Part shown: one piece after another, positions 31,201 through 40,007 of the stretch | Position numbering within the stretch: position 1 is the first letter of the stretch | How the letters are laid out: each line of letters starts with the position of its first letter | The notes under the pieces: generated by a model | Told to the model about the DNA's origin: nothing | Database searches by the model: none | The model's input: only the letters and a program-made list of their open reading frames with translations | From: a virus | IMG/VR virus record: IMGVR_UViG_3300034683_000041 | Location: 1-64,000 of that record | Length of the DNA stretch: 64,000 bases | Strand: one strand, 5' to 3' | Made by a program: the position numbers and the translations under genes

Positions 31201-32768
31201 CTGTACTCTATAATCAGTTATCTAGAGACTTTGCGAATTACAAAAAACGTAAGAGCCCTGGAACTAAGTTCAGCATTAATCCACAATCGGTTATCCAAAG
31301 AATACTTCAAGACCAAGCCATGGTGGGGGTAGAAAACATCAACCCTATCCATGACTTGAAAGTACGAACTAGTTTTACCATGACTGGAGTAGGTGGAAGA
31401 AGTCAGGAAGCGTTTGTAGTAAATGATCGAATCTATCCTAAAGATGGTCCTGGTATTTTATCTGAAGCAACTCCTGACAGTGGTGCAGTTGCTATCACTG
31501 CCACATCACCGCCTAACCCAACCATAGCAAACGTACGTGGGTTCGTGTCCCCGACAGATGTTACTAAACTAGAACCTTCTCAGCTTATCAGTGTACCTGC
31601 GTTACTCATGCCTGCAAGTACACAAGATGATGCTAAAAGAACAAACATGATAAGTATACAGTTATCGCATATGCTTCCAACTAAGGAAGGAAGTTCATTT
31701 CGTACAAGAACAGGATACGAAAGGGTGATAGCACATACGACTTCAGCCATGTACGCATATACTGCTAAACAAGATGGACAAGTGATAGATGTGGATGACA
31801 AATTAGGAACATGTAAGATCCAATATAAAGATGGAAGTAAGCATGTACTTAATTTCGGAGAAATATACGGAGATTGTGCTGACATGGTCACAACTTTGAA
31901 ATTAGATCTTCTTATGAAAAAAGGATCTAAATTCAAACGAGGAGATGTTATCACGTATAATCCGGAGTTCTTTGAATATGATCCCATATCGAAACAAATA
32001 GACTGGAAACATGGAGTTCCTGCAAGAGTTGCATTCGTGGATTGTCGAAGAACATTTGAAGACAGTTCGTCTATAAGTGAAGAACTCGGGAAGAAACTTC
32101 AGATCCAACCAGTAACTATTCGTCCACTTACTTTGCTAGCGGACGATATTGTTCACGAATACAAAAAAATAGGAGATCATGTAGAAATAACAGATCCCTT
32201 AATCATATTCGAATCTGGAGAAAATATCGATCTAGCTTCATTCGGGGAAGATCCAGAAACTATCAAGTATCTTGCAGATCTTAATAAACGGACACCTAAA
32301 GCTAAAGTAGCCGGAAAAATCGTGGATATTGAAGCGTATTATGGTTGTCCTATCTCCGACATGAATCCCAGTATGGCAAATCTCGTGAAGCATGCTATCA
32401 AAGCTAAAAATGCTAAAGCTAAGTTTGCCCAGGGAACCGATACCACAATGCCTCAGTCTGAACCTCTCCCTGAAGATACTAAATTCAAAAATGTAAAGTT
32501 CACCAAAAACACTGTAGTGATCCGGTACTTTATTCAAGAGAATTTAGACGCTTCACTTGGAGACAAGATCGTTATCGGACCTTCGTTAAAATCTATCATT
32601 GGATCTAAACTAAGTCCGACTTTCGATGAAGACAATGTCGCGATAGATGTGGAAATGAGTGGATCTTCAGTTTCGAACCGTATCGTGAATAGCGTTATAA
32701 TTATGGGTATAAGTGAAACTGTTCTCGAGAAAACGGAAAAAGACATACTCGAAATGTATTTCGATTAG
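28242..32768 (+). CDS. virion RNA polymerase beta-like subunit (phiKZ gp178-like)
   Basis: RVSLASNYNK, TGVGGRS, SEATPDSGAV, DDAKR, FEDSSSIS, GDK..LKSII; ATGATATG at 28198-28205. Confidence 0.92.
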   Translation: MINLSSSKYHPAQERLMYGTFLRKFFNWRLGDLNKKPIALPKDIQLPPNSALHIFDNVYCEDNHIPTSDVFPTQIPFIDNETFLRHVVHVKEPNITKGDVPIQYSEKYLLIPRDREKILRKFKIENLSKFRFHENVSTVPNTKNALTIFNYNPMYRIQIKGSLQLGKDTLLQNAAKYRKTRMILSTILNTASKTAKDKINYIWMPLSNEIYSPQKFIRTKTSESSQSIKYKNSNMFALLVQLYNFVDTSTTLSVFEKMKDEDLYRINLILTVGRDFDNTIIINLKTLQELNPRNTNYRKIIKMINRLVLVSMKAEVEFNDNDDEEDIDRLARELHLEKEEDIDTFEDHRQEIEAKLKSTKEDENVETSTVDKDKLIDDGKKIIQGLKSIGTIDLDIPESLDAIVVDNSDADIIKTVTPTTKTNVDPDSSDKSKKIEPPKSKFFTKNELLRVAGNTAPATSGEEFAEFGMRYLKDIDSDADEYIAKQNHLSPKQKERATKLSRAYLNISLAGKPLSQHLTTGSDPTIDTEEFDFLDKDIPDKSMLKSTLQNFDNTYMKKFYYRDLAATLVSLNRVGMFVTGVEEQFINNELTQIKRFKIKFTDAEGEKHSSTVDIPAINEEGQCLVNGVNSYFRKQMINLPICKVSPSRVSLASNYNKTVVERVGSVAHSFLGYFRKLLMKIEESHKIKTIYGVNKLPLDLDNHLPGHEYSSIMQEYTEVELIHHAKTLTLYFDYEKRHHQSKFFSDRDISEVEQDHLVFCGDYVDEKNDKFCLFVGADNLILVVSTKTKKVVGHTTFIGALTNLFDVRLNTNLTEWTDIKILDKKFPVGFLLAYKYGLIPLMDKLKMDYQIVPVRSREPKLSPTSIVLKFNDKKIIFDRYPLLASMIVSGLTFFDLRHYDLEDMYDKNTYINILQDKGYSPNYLRGIDATFDLFVDPITYDVLLQMGKPTKFDELLIEATRMLQNHEHKEPSSIVNMRMRSFERLNAVLYNQLSRDFANYKKRKSPGTKFSINPQSVIQRILQDQAMVGVENINPIHDLKVRTSFTMTGVGGRSQEAFVVNDRIYPKDGPGILSEATPDSGAVAITATSPPNPTIANVRGFVSPTDVTKLEPSQLISVPALLMPASTQDDAKRTNMISIQLSHMLPTKEGSSFRTRTGYERVIAHTTSAMYAYTAKQDGQVIDVDDKLGTCKIQYKDGSKHVLNFGEIYGDCADMVTTLKLDLLMKKGSKFKRGDVITYNPEFFEYDPISKQIDWKHGVPARVAFVDCRRTFEDSSSISEELGKKLQIQPVTIRPLTLLADDIVHEYKKIGDHVEITDPLIIFESGENIDLASFGEDPETIKYLADLNKRTPKAKVAGKIVDIEAYYGCPISDMNPSMANLVKHAIKAKNAKAKFAQGTDTTMPQSEPLPEDTKFKNVKFTKNTVVIRYFIQENLDASLGDKIVIGPSLKSIIGSKLSPTFDEDNVAIDVEMSGSSVSNRIVNSVIIMGISETVLEKTEKDILEMYFD

Positions 32769-32780
32769 TGTCACAAATAT

Positions 32781-32840
32781 GGAGTATCTCCTGAAAAGGA
32801 GATACTCCTTATATTCATCACAATTTGACAATTATATTAC
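32781..32840 (+). promoter_or_regulatory. hairpin (32781-32808) plus early promoter TATATTAC (32833-32840)
   Basis: seen directly. Confidence 0.75.
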
Positions 32841-32898
32841 CAATATGAACTTATCATCACAAAACAAATGTTACGAATAAATGTGAGGGAATTACATT

Positions 32899-33162
32899 AT
32901 GGCAAATCTATCCAGAATAAAAACCCATCCTGGAGATATTTTGTATTACGAATATCTCGATGCAAATCCCGATAAAGTTACAGCCTTTGAAGAAAAACTG
33001 GTATTGCAGTATCCCCTTATCGAATTGATAAACGGAGTACAACACATCACTTATGATGTTGCAGTACAGTTGTCCAAACAACTTGGAACTACTGTAGAGT
33101 TTTGGACTAATCTCCAATACGAATACGACCGTTCCTTGTATGATGCAATAACAGACACGTAA
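32899..33162 (+). CDS. higA: orphan HigA-family antitoxin (XRE HTH)
   Basis: HPGDILYYEYL...LING..IT.DVA..LSK.LGTTVEFWTNLQ..YD. Confidence 0.8.
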   Translation: MANLSRIKTHPGDILYYEYLDANPDKVTAFEEKLVLQYPLIELINGVQHITYDVAVQLSKQLGTTVEFWTNLQYEYDRSLYDAITDT

Positions 33163-33213
33163 AAAAATAATCCAGTATAAATACTATACGGACAACTCTT
33201 TAAGATAAATTTT

Positions 33214-33300
33214 GCCCGAATGGTGGAATAGGTAGACACAAGAGACTTAAAATCTCTCGGCTTACGAGCTGTGCCGGTTCAAGTCCGGCTTCGGGTACCA
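33214..33300 (+). tRNA. trnL: tRNA-Leu(UAA)
   Basis: GCCCGAA/TTCGGGT acceptor stem, AGAGA-ctTAAaa-TCTCT anticodon arm, long variable arm, GTTCAAGT, encoded CCA. Confidence 0.96.
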
Positions 33301-33330
33301 TAGTTCCCTTTGGAGTAATTGGCTGAGGCT

Positions 33331-33390
33331 GGGAGATGGTAAGTGAAGAACTAGCGATGGCGTTGGCTTATTCTTTACTTACTGTCTCCC
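33331..33390 (+). ncRNA. 20-bp G-U-containing RNA stem after the tRNA
   Basis: gggagatggtaagtgaagaa/ttctttacttactgtctccc with three G-U pairs. Confidence 0.4.
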
Positions 33391-33423
33391 CACAACAAAT
33401 AAGATCCAAGAAAGCTTAAAAGT

Positions 33424-33431
33424 TATATTAC
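33424..33431 (+). promoter_or_regulatory. early promoter TATATTAC
   Basis: exact motif. Confidence 0.7.
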
Positions 33432-33512
33432 TTATTTGGTACGCGTTATAAAAATCTTCAAAAACAATACCATCAGTTTAACTTTTTTCTAACAAGTCAT
33501 AAATAATACAAC

Positions 33513-33540
33513 AAGAGATGTCCTTCCGGGGACATCTCTT
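33513..33540. terminator. hairpin
   Basis: aagagatgtcc/ggacatctctt. Confidence 0.65.
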
Positions 33541-33576
33541 AGTAAGTTGACGTCCGACACTTAAGGAGATATCATT

Positions 33577-33903
33577 GTGTCACTTATACTTAAAGTTCCT
33601 GATGATGTTTCAATAGAAAATACTAAACCATTTCCACACATTCGTCCGATCGTGGATCTGAAAGATGCTCAAATTTTGATTGATCTGAGGAACTTACCTA
33701 CAACTTCTTTGCCTCCTAAGATATATGTTCGTCCAGATATCTCATCTCCAAAAGGCTTCAAAATTTATGGTCTGAAGGAGCCATCACAAACCAAAGAAAC
33801 ATACATATTAGATATACCTCATTCTCAGGTTTTCTCGATAAAAGATTGGATAGATAAACTCTACGCTATAGAACACAAAGATTTGAAAGAAATCGAATTC
33901 TAA
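33577..33903 (+). CDS. hypothetical protein
   Basis: AAGGAG RBS, GTG start. Confidence 0.65.
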   Translation: MSLILKVPDDVSIENTKPFPHIRPIVDLKDAQILIDLRNLPTTSLPPKIYVRPDISSPKGFKIYGLKEPSQTKETYILDIPHSQVFSIKDWIDKLYAIEHKDLKEIEF

Positions 33904-33949
33904 ACTACATGATGTTTTGAACATGTTTTACTTTTAGTATGGATATCTG

Positions 33950-34025
33950 TAGACTACTGCCCTATTTGGGGCAGTAGTCTATACCTCTTAATTATGTCAT
34001 TCATCTTTTTTTACGGTCATATTAC
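33950..34025 (+). promoter_or_regulatory. hairpin (33950-33981) plus variant early promoter CATATTAC (34018-34025)
   Basis: same arrangement as other early cassettes. Confidence 0.6.
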
Positions 34026-34080
34026 TTCTTTGAATCAGGATCTACGATCCTACAACAAAACTTATTCAAGGAGAATAATC

Positions 34081-34227
34081 ATGACTATTCGTAATTTTAT
34101 CCAGATCGTTGCCATCGTTGTCGTTACTGGAGCAATGGTTATCGGAAGCTATGTCTACGGACAGAGTGCTTCTTCGGACAACAACTTGTCGATCCGTGGC
34201 ACAATTATCTCCCAGCAGCATCGCTAA
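34081..34227 (+). CDS. small single-pass membrane or exported protein (48 aa)
   Basis: AAGGAG RBS; hydrophobic IVAIVVVTGAMVIGSYVY. Confidence 0.7.
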   Translation: MTIRNFIQIVAIVVVTGAMVIGSYVYGQSASSDNNLSIRGTIISQQHR

Positions 34228-34264
34228 ATGAGATACATATGAATTCAACACGACATTTCAAAAG

Positions 34265-34310
34265 AGAGTAGAGATCCAACACAAATGGATCTCTACTCTT
34301 TATTTTTTTA
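34265..34310. terminator. terminator between convergent genes
   Basis: agagtagagatcca/tggatctctactct plus T tract. Confidence 0.8.
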
Positions 34311-35024
34311 TCACATAAGTACAGCACGTTCGCCTTTAACGTAGACATCGTCATGCCTGGCCATTTCCAATGCAGAAACATACATGTCGATAGACGATTG
34401 ATTTTTATTCAAGTACACAGAGGTAACTATAGAAAAATAACCATACGTCCTATATCCGTCGGAATATCCCGAAACATATCCGGGACAAGTGTTATGTCCT
34501 CCAGCACCACCAAACTCACAATCAAATAATGTCTGGCCGTTTAGAGTTCCACGATATCCTGCAATGTAATTTCTTTTTGATCCAAATATATAGAACAACC
34601 TTACTTGGTATATTCCAGATTCAGGAACTCCTTGTGGTAAACACATTCTGGTAAGTTGTGGAGGACACCATCGTCCTACCTGACCATCTCTCCAAAGACC
34701 CCAAGTCGACCATCCTGTAGGAGTACAACACGTCTGAAGGTTACACTCTTGTGTAGTTGCTGGTTTAGCAACTTCACTACAAAATCGATCTGATTTGTAT
34801 ATACCATCAGATCTAAGACACTGTACTGTTCGTTCTTGGATACCTCCTCCACATGGTGCAGAACATTCTCCCCAAGTACCAACTTCCCAAGAGTATTTCC
34901 ATACAGGTTTCCATCCTTGTTCTGTCTTAATATGGATATTCTTAACTTCTGTCCAAGTATCATCCTGATTCTTGACAAAAATATTAAGTCTTGACCAATG
35001 TTCAGTTTGTTTTATACTTAACAT
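34311..35024 (-). CDS. thrombospondin type-1 repeat-containing protein
   Basis: YSWEVGTWGECSAPCGGGIQERTVQC...C...KP.TTQECNLQTC. Confidence 0.85.
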   Translation of the reverse strand: MLSIKQTEHWSRLNIFVKNQDDTWTEVKNIHIKTEQGWKPVWKYSWEVGTWGECSAPCGGGIQERTVQCLRSDGIYKSDRFCSEVAKPATTQECNLQTCCTPTGWSTWGLWRDGQVGRWCPPQLTRMCLPQGVPESGIYQVRLFYIFGSKRNYIAGYRGTLNGQTLFDCEFGGAGGHNTCPGYVSGYSDGYRTYGYFSIVTSVYLNKNQSSIDMYVSALEMARHDDVYVKGERAVLM

Positions 35025-35044
35025 AGGTTTTCTCCAGGAATGAT

Positions 35045-35082
35045 GGGATATAGTACTAGTCTTACGACTAGTACTATATCCC
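35045..35082. terminator. 17-bp hairpin
   Basis: gggatatagtactagtc/gactagtactatatccc. Confidence 0.65.
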
Positions 35083-35088
35083 CCTTAT

Positions 35089-36951
35089 TTACTGAATAGA
35101 ACGTAAGACATTGTACAGTTTGACACTGTCGTACAAAAGCGCATCACCTAACACATCCATACGAATAGCACTGAGTAAAGAATATCTGGTACGTCTGATC
35201 TTTGCAGACTCAAACCCATTACAATTATCCTCAATATGTCCTTGACAAATAGTTTGTACTATCTTGTTAGGAGCTATGTCATTTCCGTTACGGATGGTAC
35301 TTTCGAATGAATTTTTCTCAGTCAGATTTAAGATAAGTTTTACAAATCGCTCAAAATCATTAAACGAATATCCTAAATCTTTCATGGATTGTTCTTTTTC
35401 GAGTCCTACATCATCGATAGTAAAAACCTGGGAGATAGTAGGTTTGTTACAATACTCATGGCTTCGCATAGAAAATCCGGACGATTCCATCGAGGACAAT
35501 AGCGATGTAAGTTCCCCAAGAGGATCGTTTTTATCTACTGGAACAAGTAGATTGGCCAGAGAATACTGATGTATTTTTGTTGCGTTTTGGTATACGTGGA
35601 ATCTACCATTCATAATTCTAAAATTGGGGAATTTGATCTTGACTTCTGCAGCATTTTTTACGTGCTGGTTAGTTCGGAAGATCCGATCTAACTCCCGTTC
35701 CAGAAGAACATTTATTGTTTTTTGTGTATGATAGATATTTTGCATCCTATTGTACATAGGTTCTTGTACTTGCATGTACTTACGAATGCATTGTCTATTC
35801 TTCAAATAGATCTCTCCAGAAATAGCATGCAAGATAGACGCTTCGTATGGATCACCTTTAGCTATAGAGGCTTGTCTCATCAAAAGCTGTTCTTGTCCAT
35901 CTTCCACCAATGCTTCCAAATCATCCACCAGATCATCAGAAGTTTCAATAAAGTTATCGTCCGTGATGTTGATCTTTTCAGAATCTCGGGGGATGATTGT
36001 ATCGTCAACAATGATCCGTTCCGGATCGTCTACAGAAAAGAGGTTGAACGATGCAGGAACAAAGCTTTCTCCAGAAGGAGAGATAGCTGCTTGTTTCATA
36101 GCTTGAAGAAGAGTTATGATCGCTCTACAATCTCGCATACGTAGACTGAAATTCAAAGCTATACCGAGATACATGATAGTGTAGAGTCGGCTATATCTAG
36201 CATTCATTGCAATGGTACGAGATACTTCATCTTGAGTATTTGGAAATAAGGTTTTAACTACAACCGCATACATTGCAGGTGTAAATTTGAGATTATTAAG
36301 ATACACTCTCCAGATACTCGGTCCATTTAGTTGTACATATTTTTCAGCTAACATCAAACTTTTCATTTGATTGTAGCCTAATTTTTTTACACTTTCTGTT
36401 TGTGACTCTTGTATACTAGACGGAGAAAAATTACACGCACGTCCAGCATTTTCGATATCCCGGATATCACGTACTTGATCCCACCCTGCAGAAATGAAAG
36501 ACTGTACAAGGTCATTTAACTTAGGATCGAGCATGTTTGATTTTTGTACTGGGGCTTTAATGGAATTCCAATACGGAGATCCTGAAAAGAACTTATCTAC
36601 TTTTGTGTATACAGGAACCATATTGATCAGTCCATTAGCATGAGGAACGTTATACACCTCAATTTCGGAATACGCTTTATTATCAATTTTAAGAGAACTT
36701 ACTTCTTCTAAAATGCGCTGCAGTTTATTATTTTTAACTTTCAGTGCTTCGATAGAAGTTTCAGTACCACTGAATCGGTTTAACGTATTTTTGATCTTAG
36801 TAAGTATCCCTTTAGGGATATCTTCCTCAGAATTGATATTCTCCAAACCTATCAGATCTTCTTTCATGAGCTCTAGTTGCTCTAAACAATAGTCAAGATC
36901 TTCGTGTGCTCTACGGACTAAATACGAATCTTCTCTGTTGAGATTAAACAT
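35089..36951 (-). CDS. internal head protein family member (two tandem domains)
   Basis: GLE/SIE sites; SVKKLGY and SMKDLGY motifs. Confidence 0.65.
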   Translation of the reverse strand: MFNLNREDSYLVRRAHEDLDYCLEQLELMKEDLIGLENINSEEDIPKGILTKIKNTLNRFSGTETSIEALKVKNNKLQRILEEVSSLKIDNKAYSEIEVYNVPHANGLINMVPVYTKVDKFFSGSPYWNSIKAPVQKSNMLDPKLNDLVQSFISAGWDQVRDIRDIENAGRACNFSPSSIQESQTESVKKLGYNQMKSLMLAEKYVQLNGPSIWRVYLNNLKFTPAMYAVVVKTLFPNTQDEVSRTIAMNARYSRLYTIMYLGIALNFSLRMRDCRAIITLLQAMKQAAISPSGESFVPASFNLFSVDDPERIIVDDTIIPRDSEKINITDDNFIETSDDLVDDLEALVEDGQEQLLMRQASIAKGDPYEASILHAISGEIYLKNRQCIRKYMQVQEPMYNRMQNIYHTQKTINVLLERELDRIFRTNQHVKNAAEVKIKFPNFRIMNGRFHVYQNATKIHQYSLANLLVPVDKNDPLGELTSLLSSMESSGFSMRSHEYCNKPTISQVFTIDDVGLEKEQSMKDLGYSFNDFERFVKLILNLTEKNSFESTIRNGNDIAPNKIVQTICQGHIEDNCNGFESAKIRRTRYSLLSAIRMDVLGDALLYDSVKLYNVLRSIQ

Positions 36952-36960
36952 GGGTACTCC

Positions 36961-37845
36961 TTAATCGTTTACAATTTGCGCTTCTGCAGCTTTACAAAGT
37001 TTCAATACATCTACCATGATATCATACGCTATCTGGTGTGCAGCTTTGATGAAATGAGTAGCCCACCAAAACCTTGCAAGACGTATTTCAAGGATCTCTC
37101 TATTCACAGAACTAGATTCTCCTTGCTCTTGAAGTTGAGCGTCGTATCTGGATAAAGATTCACCATAGGCAACAAACGATTTTTCGATCTTTGTCGTAGT
37201 TCTGCTATCTGCATATTGTGCAAGAGTTTTAATTTTTTCTACGACTTGGACTAGTTTGTCAAGAGAATATCCGTGATGTGATACAGATACTGTCGATCTA
37301 TCTTGATCGTACAATGCGGATACAGATTTAGTCAAGCTAAACTTAGACAGATCGAACCCAATCTTGTACAATACACTGTATGCTCGTTTAAACTCAGGAG
37401 TTCTCCAATCCGAGGAAGTTACTGGAGAATCACAAATTTGAGATATGTTAGACAATAACACATGCAATTGTTTAACTGCATCTATCCTCAATAACAATTT
37501 TTCATAACTTACGATCTTGAGCTTCTTTTCATAGAACTTTTCTTGATCGATACGATTTAAGTTATTCTTCAGGCGTTTCTCCCAGCGCTGTTGTATACTC
37601 TGACTACGGGAAAACGTTTTCTCAGCACCATTACGAAGGATACGTAACATCCGCATCACTAATGCACTGATTTTTCTAGCCATTTTAGCTAGACTTGAAC
37701 CAACTGATTTAGCTAAATCAGTATAATTTTCATCCGATCTAAAGTTGGGGTTCAACAGCATTTGGAGTTCTTCTTGAAGTTCAAGATAAGAAGTTTCGAA
37801 TACTTCTTCGTCAGTAGCAAAAGACACTGCTTTTAACTTCAACAT
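36961..37845 (-). CDS. internal head protein family member
   Basis: amphipathic helix, SVSHHGY motif; late motif at 37880-37887. Confidence 0.65.
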   Translation of the reverse strand: MLKLKAVSFATDEEVFETSYLELQEELQMLLNPNFRSDENYTDLAKSVGSSLAKMARKISALVMRMLRILRNGAEKTFSRSQSIQQRWEKRLKNNLNRIDQEKFYEKKLKIVSYEKLLLRIDAVKQLHVLLSNISQICDSPVTSSDWRTPEFKRAYSVLYKIGFDLSKFSLTKSVSALYDQDRSTVSVSHHGYSLDKLVQVVEKIKTLAQYADSRTTTKIEKSFVAYGESLSRYDAQLQEQGESSSVNREILEIRLARFWWATHFIKAAHQIAYDIMVDVLKLCKAAEAQIVND

Positions 37846-37969
37846 GAATCTGCTCCTATTCTAAAATTACAGTGGTATACATAGGATGGCATGAAATAAA
37901 ATTTTCACTATAATCTTATGCTTCTTTCTTCCAAGGAGATATTACAAATTTATATTCGGAGATGTAACA

Positions 37970-38149
37970 ATGAGTAGCTCAAAAACACAGGAACGCATCC
38001 AGAAAATCGTGGACACTTCAATATTTCATATGTGTGTTAAAGAGTCTGTTCAGGCTTTAGCACGCAATCGGAAATCTGATAACCAAGATGTCGCCATTGT
38101 TAATGTAGTGGAAAGACAAATTGCAAAATATCATCAGGAGAATAACTAA
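37970..38149 (+). CDS. 59-aa hypothetical protein (not in ORF track)
   Basis: GGAG RBS, TAATG overlap with next gene, ATCTTATG at 37913-37920. Confidence 0.65.
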   Translation: MSSSKTQERIQKIVDTSIFHMCVKESVQALARNRKSDNQDVAIVNVVERQIAKYHQENN

Positions 38150-39687
38150 TGCATATTCTGCGTGACTCCATAAGTGAATACATTACTCTTACAAGAAACA
38201 ATTCTCTTGGACACATGTCCAAAACTCTTGCTGAGTACATAGAGGCAAGGACTCCTGAAGGATTATCCGATGCAGAACTTCAGGCACATGTTGTTGATAT
38301 GATTGACGAGTATTTTAAAAACGATGAGCATAACTCACAATACAACGTAGTACGAACTATAGGGCAACTGACTGCAGACGTATACAACAAATCCAATCTG
38401 AAGTTAACCGCCGAAGTTACTCCTGTAGTGGAGCAACTGTGTTCCAAAATTGTGGATCGAGCTTCTGAGAATTATGCTCGTCGAGTTGGTATATACCAAC
38501 TTAACGACAAGAAACGCCTTGCTCCTAAAAACTACACGATCTTCTCTGTTGATGAGGATGTCCTCAGGAATATCCAAGGACGACTTTCCGGATTACTTAA
38601 CAAATATTCTATCAACATAGGGTCAGAATTTCATCTCACTAACCTTTGGAGTACTGCAACAAAAGTACTCCAAAAGGAATATGCTCATCATGGTCCCATG
38701 ACCATGAAATACCTTGTCGATCAGGTTGAAGAGTTGTTCTCTGAAGAAGAACGCAACGACCCTATGCTTAACCGAATTTTAAACTTCCTTTCCACCAACA
38801 CAACTTGTGCGTACAACTTTAAGGATCTGTTCCTTGAAGGTTCTTCCGGTGTCGGAATGAGCATGAAATTTATCCAGGACGTAACAGCGTTCAAGTCTGC
38901 TCTGACTAAAGTCTACGAAAAGTTTGTACCTTCTAGTATGGACATCTTAGAAGAGACGCAGGAACTTCTTGATGCTAAGTTCAGTGTACTGGAAGATCTT
39001 CATGTATTAGCTGACACTGGGCTGGTACTTGCTAAAGACCAATATTCTAAAACTTTAGTTATTGGTCTGGACATGCTCAATGGCGATATGCTTGAAGAGT
39101 ATCAAAAGAATGGTGGTAAGTTGACTGACATCAGTGCACACTTACGATTGTACTACAATAAAGATGAAGAAGACGTTCTGTATCCTTACGCTACTCATCA
39201 GGAGTTTCCCAAGACGGGATTGAGTTACACTTTCATGTTGAAGTCTTTACCTCAGACAAGAAGTGCTATCGAATCTCTGATGGATAAAGTTAATCTTGAA
39301 GATACCGAACTGAAAACTAAGTCTTTAGTACATGCTCTTGAATTTGAACTCAGAACTTATCTTGAGAATAATCTGACTCAAGGTAATATTCCTGAGGATG
39401 TTCCTGAAATGCACGCTAAAGACATTTGTTACAATAAGTTAACCACACACGTAAACAAGTTCAAGTATAACCCGGAAATGTGCATAGAAGATGTGGTATA
39501 CTCCTATGTGTTAGATACTTGGTACAATACTTCTCTTGTTTCGACTATCCACAAAACTTTAGGTAGTCAGTTGGTAACTTCTCTTTCAGGAAAAGAGAAT
39601 CTTGAATCCTCAGATATTGCAACTCTGCATTGTAAAACTCAAGCGGAAATAGTTTCATCGTTTTTACTCGATACTATCGTCGAATAA
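38149..39687 (+). CDS. putative virion protein
   Basis: 512 aa in late structural cluster. Confidence 0.6.
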   Translation: MHILRDSISEYITLTRNNSLGHMSKTLAEYIEARTPEGLSDAELQAHVVDMIDEYFKNDEHNSQYNVVRTIGQLTADVYNKSNLKLTAEVTPVVEQLCSKIVDRASENYARRVGIYQLNDKKRLAPKNYTIFSVDEDVLRNIQGRLSGLLNKYSINIGSEFHLTNLWSTATKVLQKEYAHHGPMTMKYLVDQVEELFSEEERNDPMLNRILNFLSTNTTCAYNFKDLFLEGSSGVGMSMKFIQDVTAFKSALTKVYEKFVPSSMDILEETQELLDAKFSVLEDLHVLADTGLVLAKDQYSKTLVIGLDMLNGDMLEEYQKNGGKLTDISAHLRLYYNKDEEDVLYPYATHQEFPKTGLSYTFMLKSLPQTRSAIESLMDKVNLEDTELKTKSLVHALEFELRTYLENNLTQGNIPEDVPEMHAKDICYNKLTTHVNKFKYNPEMCIEDVVYSYVLDTWYNTSLVSTIHKTLGSQLVTSLSGKENLESSDIATLHCKTQAEIVSSFLLDTIVE

Positions 39688-39704
39688 CTCTACCTCCTTG
39701 GAAA

Positions 39705-39742
39705 GTAAGTATCTCTCCCTTTTATCGGGGAGAGATACTTAC
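39705..39742. terminator. 15-bp hairpin
   Basis: gtaagtatctctccc/gggagagatacttac. Confidence 0.7.
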
Positions 39743-39968
39743 GCATCTAGATTGGGAACTATATTGCTTTTAAAATAAGAGGTATCGACAAACATTAGAA
39801 GTTGTTTGTGCCAAATATACAAAATAATCAGCACGTGGTGGATCCTACTGCCACACAATATTTGTCAGAAATACGAACCTATGCGGGATATGTTCGCAAG
39901 CTCTTCATACTTGTACTCTAAAATCACGGTATCGCAATTTCAATATATACATTATCTCCACAAGAAAG

Positions 39969-40005
39969 AAGAAGGACTCCCGTAACAGGAGTCCTTCTTT
40001 TTTTT
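39969..40005. terminator. bidirectional terminator
   Basis: aagaaggactcc/ggagtccttctt with A-rich and T-rich flanks. Confidence 0.8.
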
Positions 40006-40007
40006 CA

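Noticed and set aside
32899-33300. Prophage attachment site at the tRNA
   Set aside because: No integrase or duplicated tRNA end seen; both flanks are phage genes.
34311-35024. Diversity-generating retroelement target
   Set aside because: No reverse transcriptase or template repeat seen in the window.
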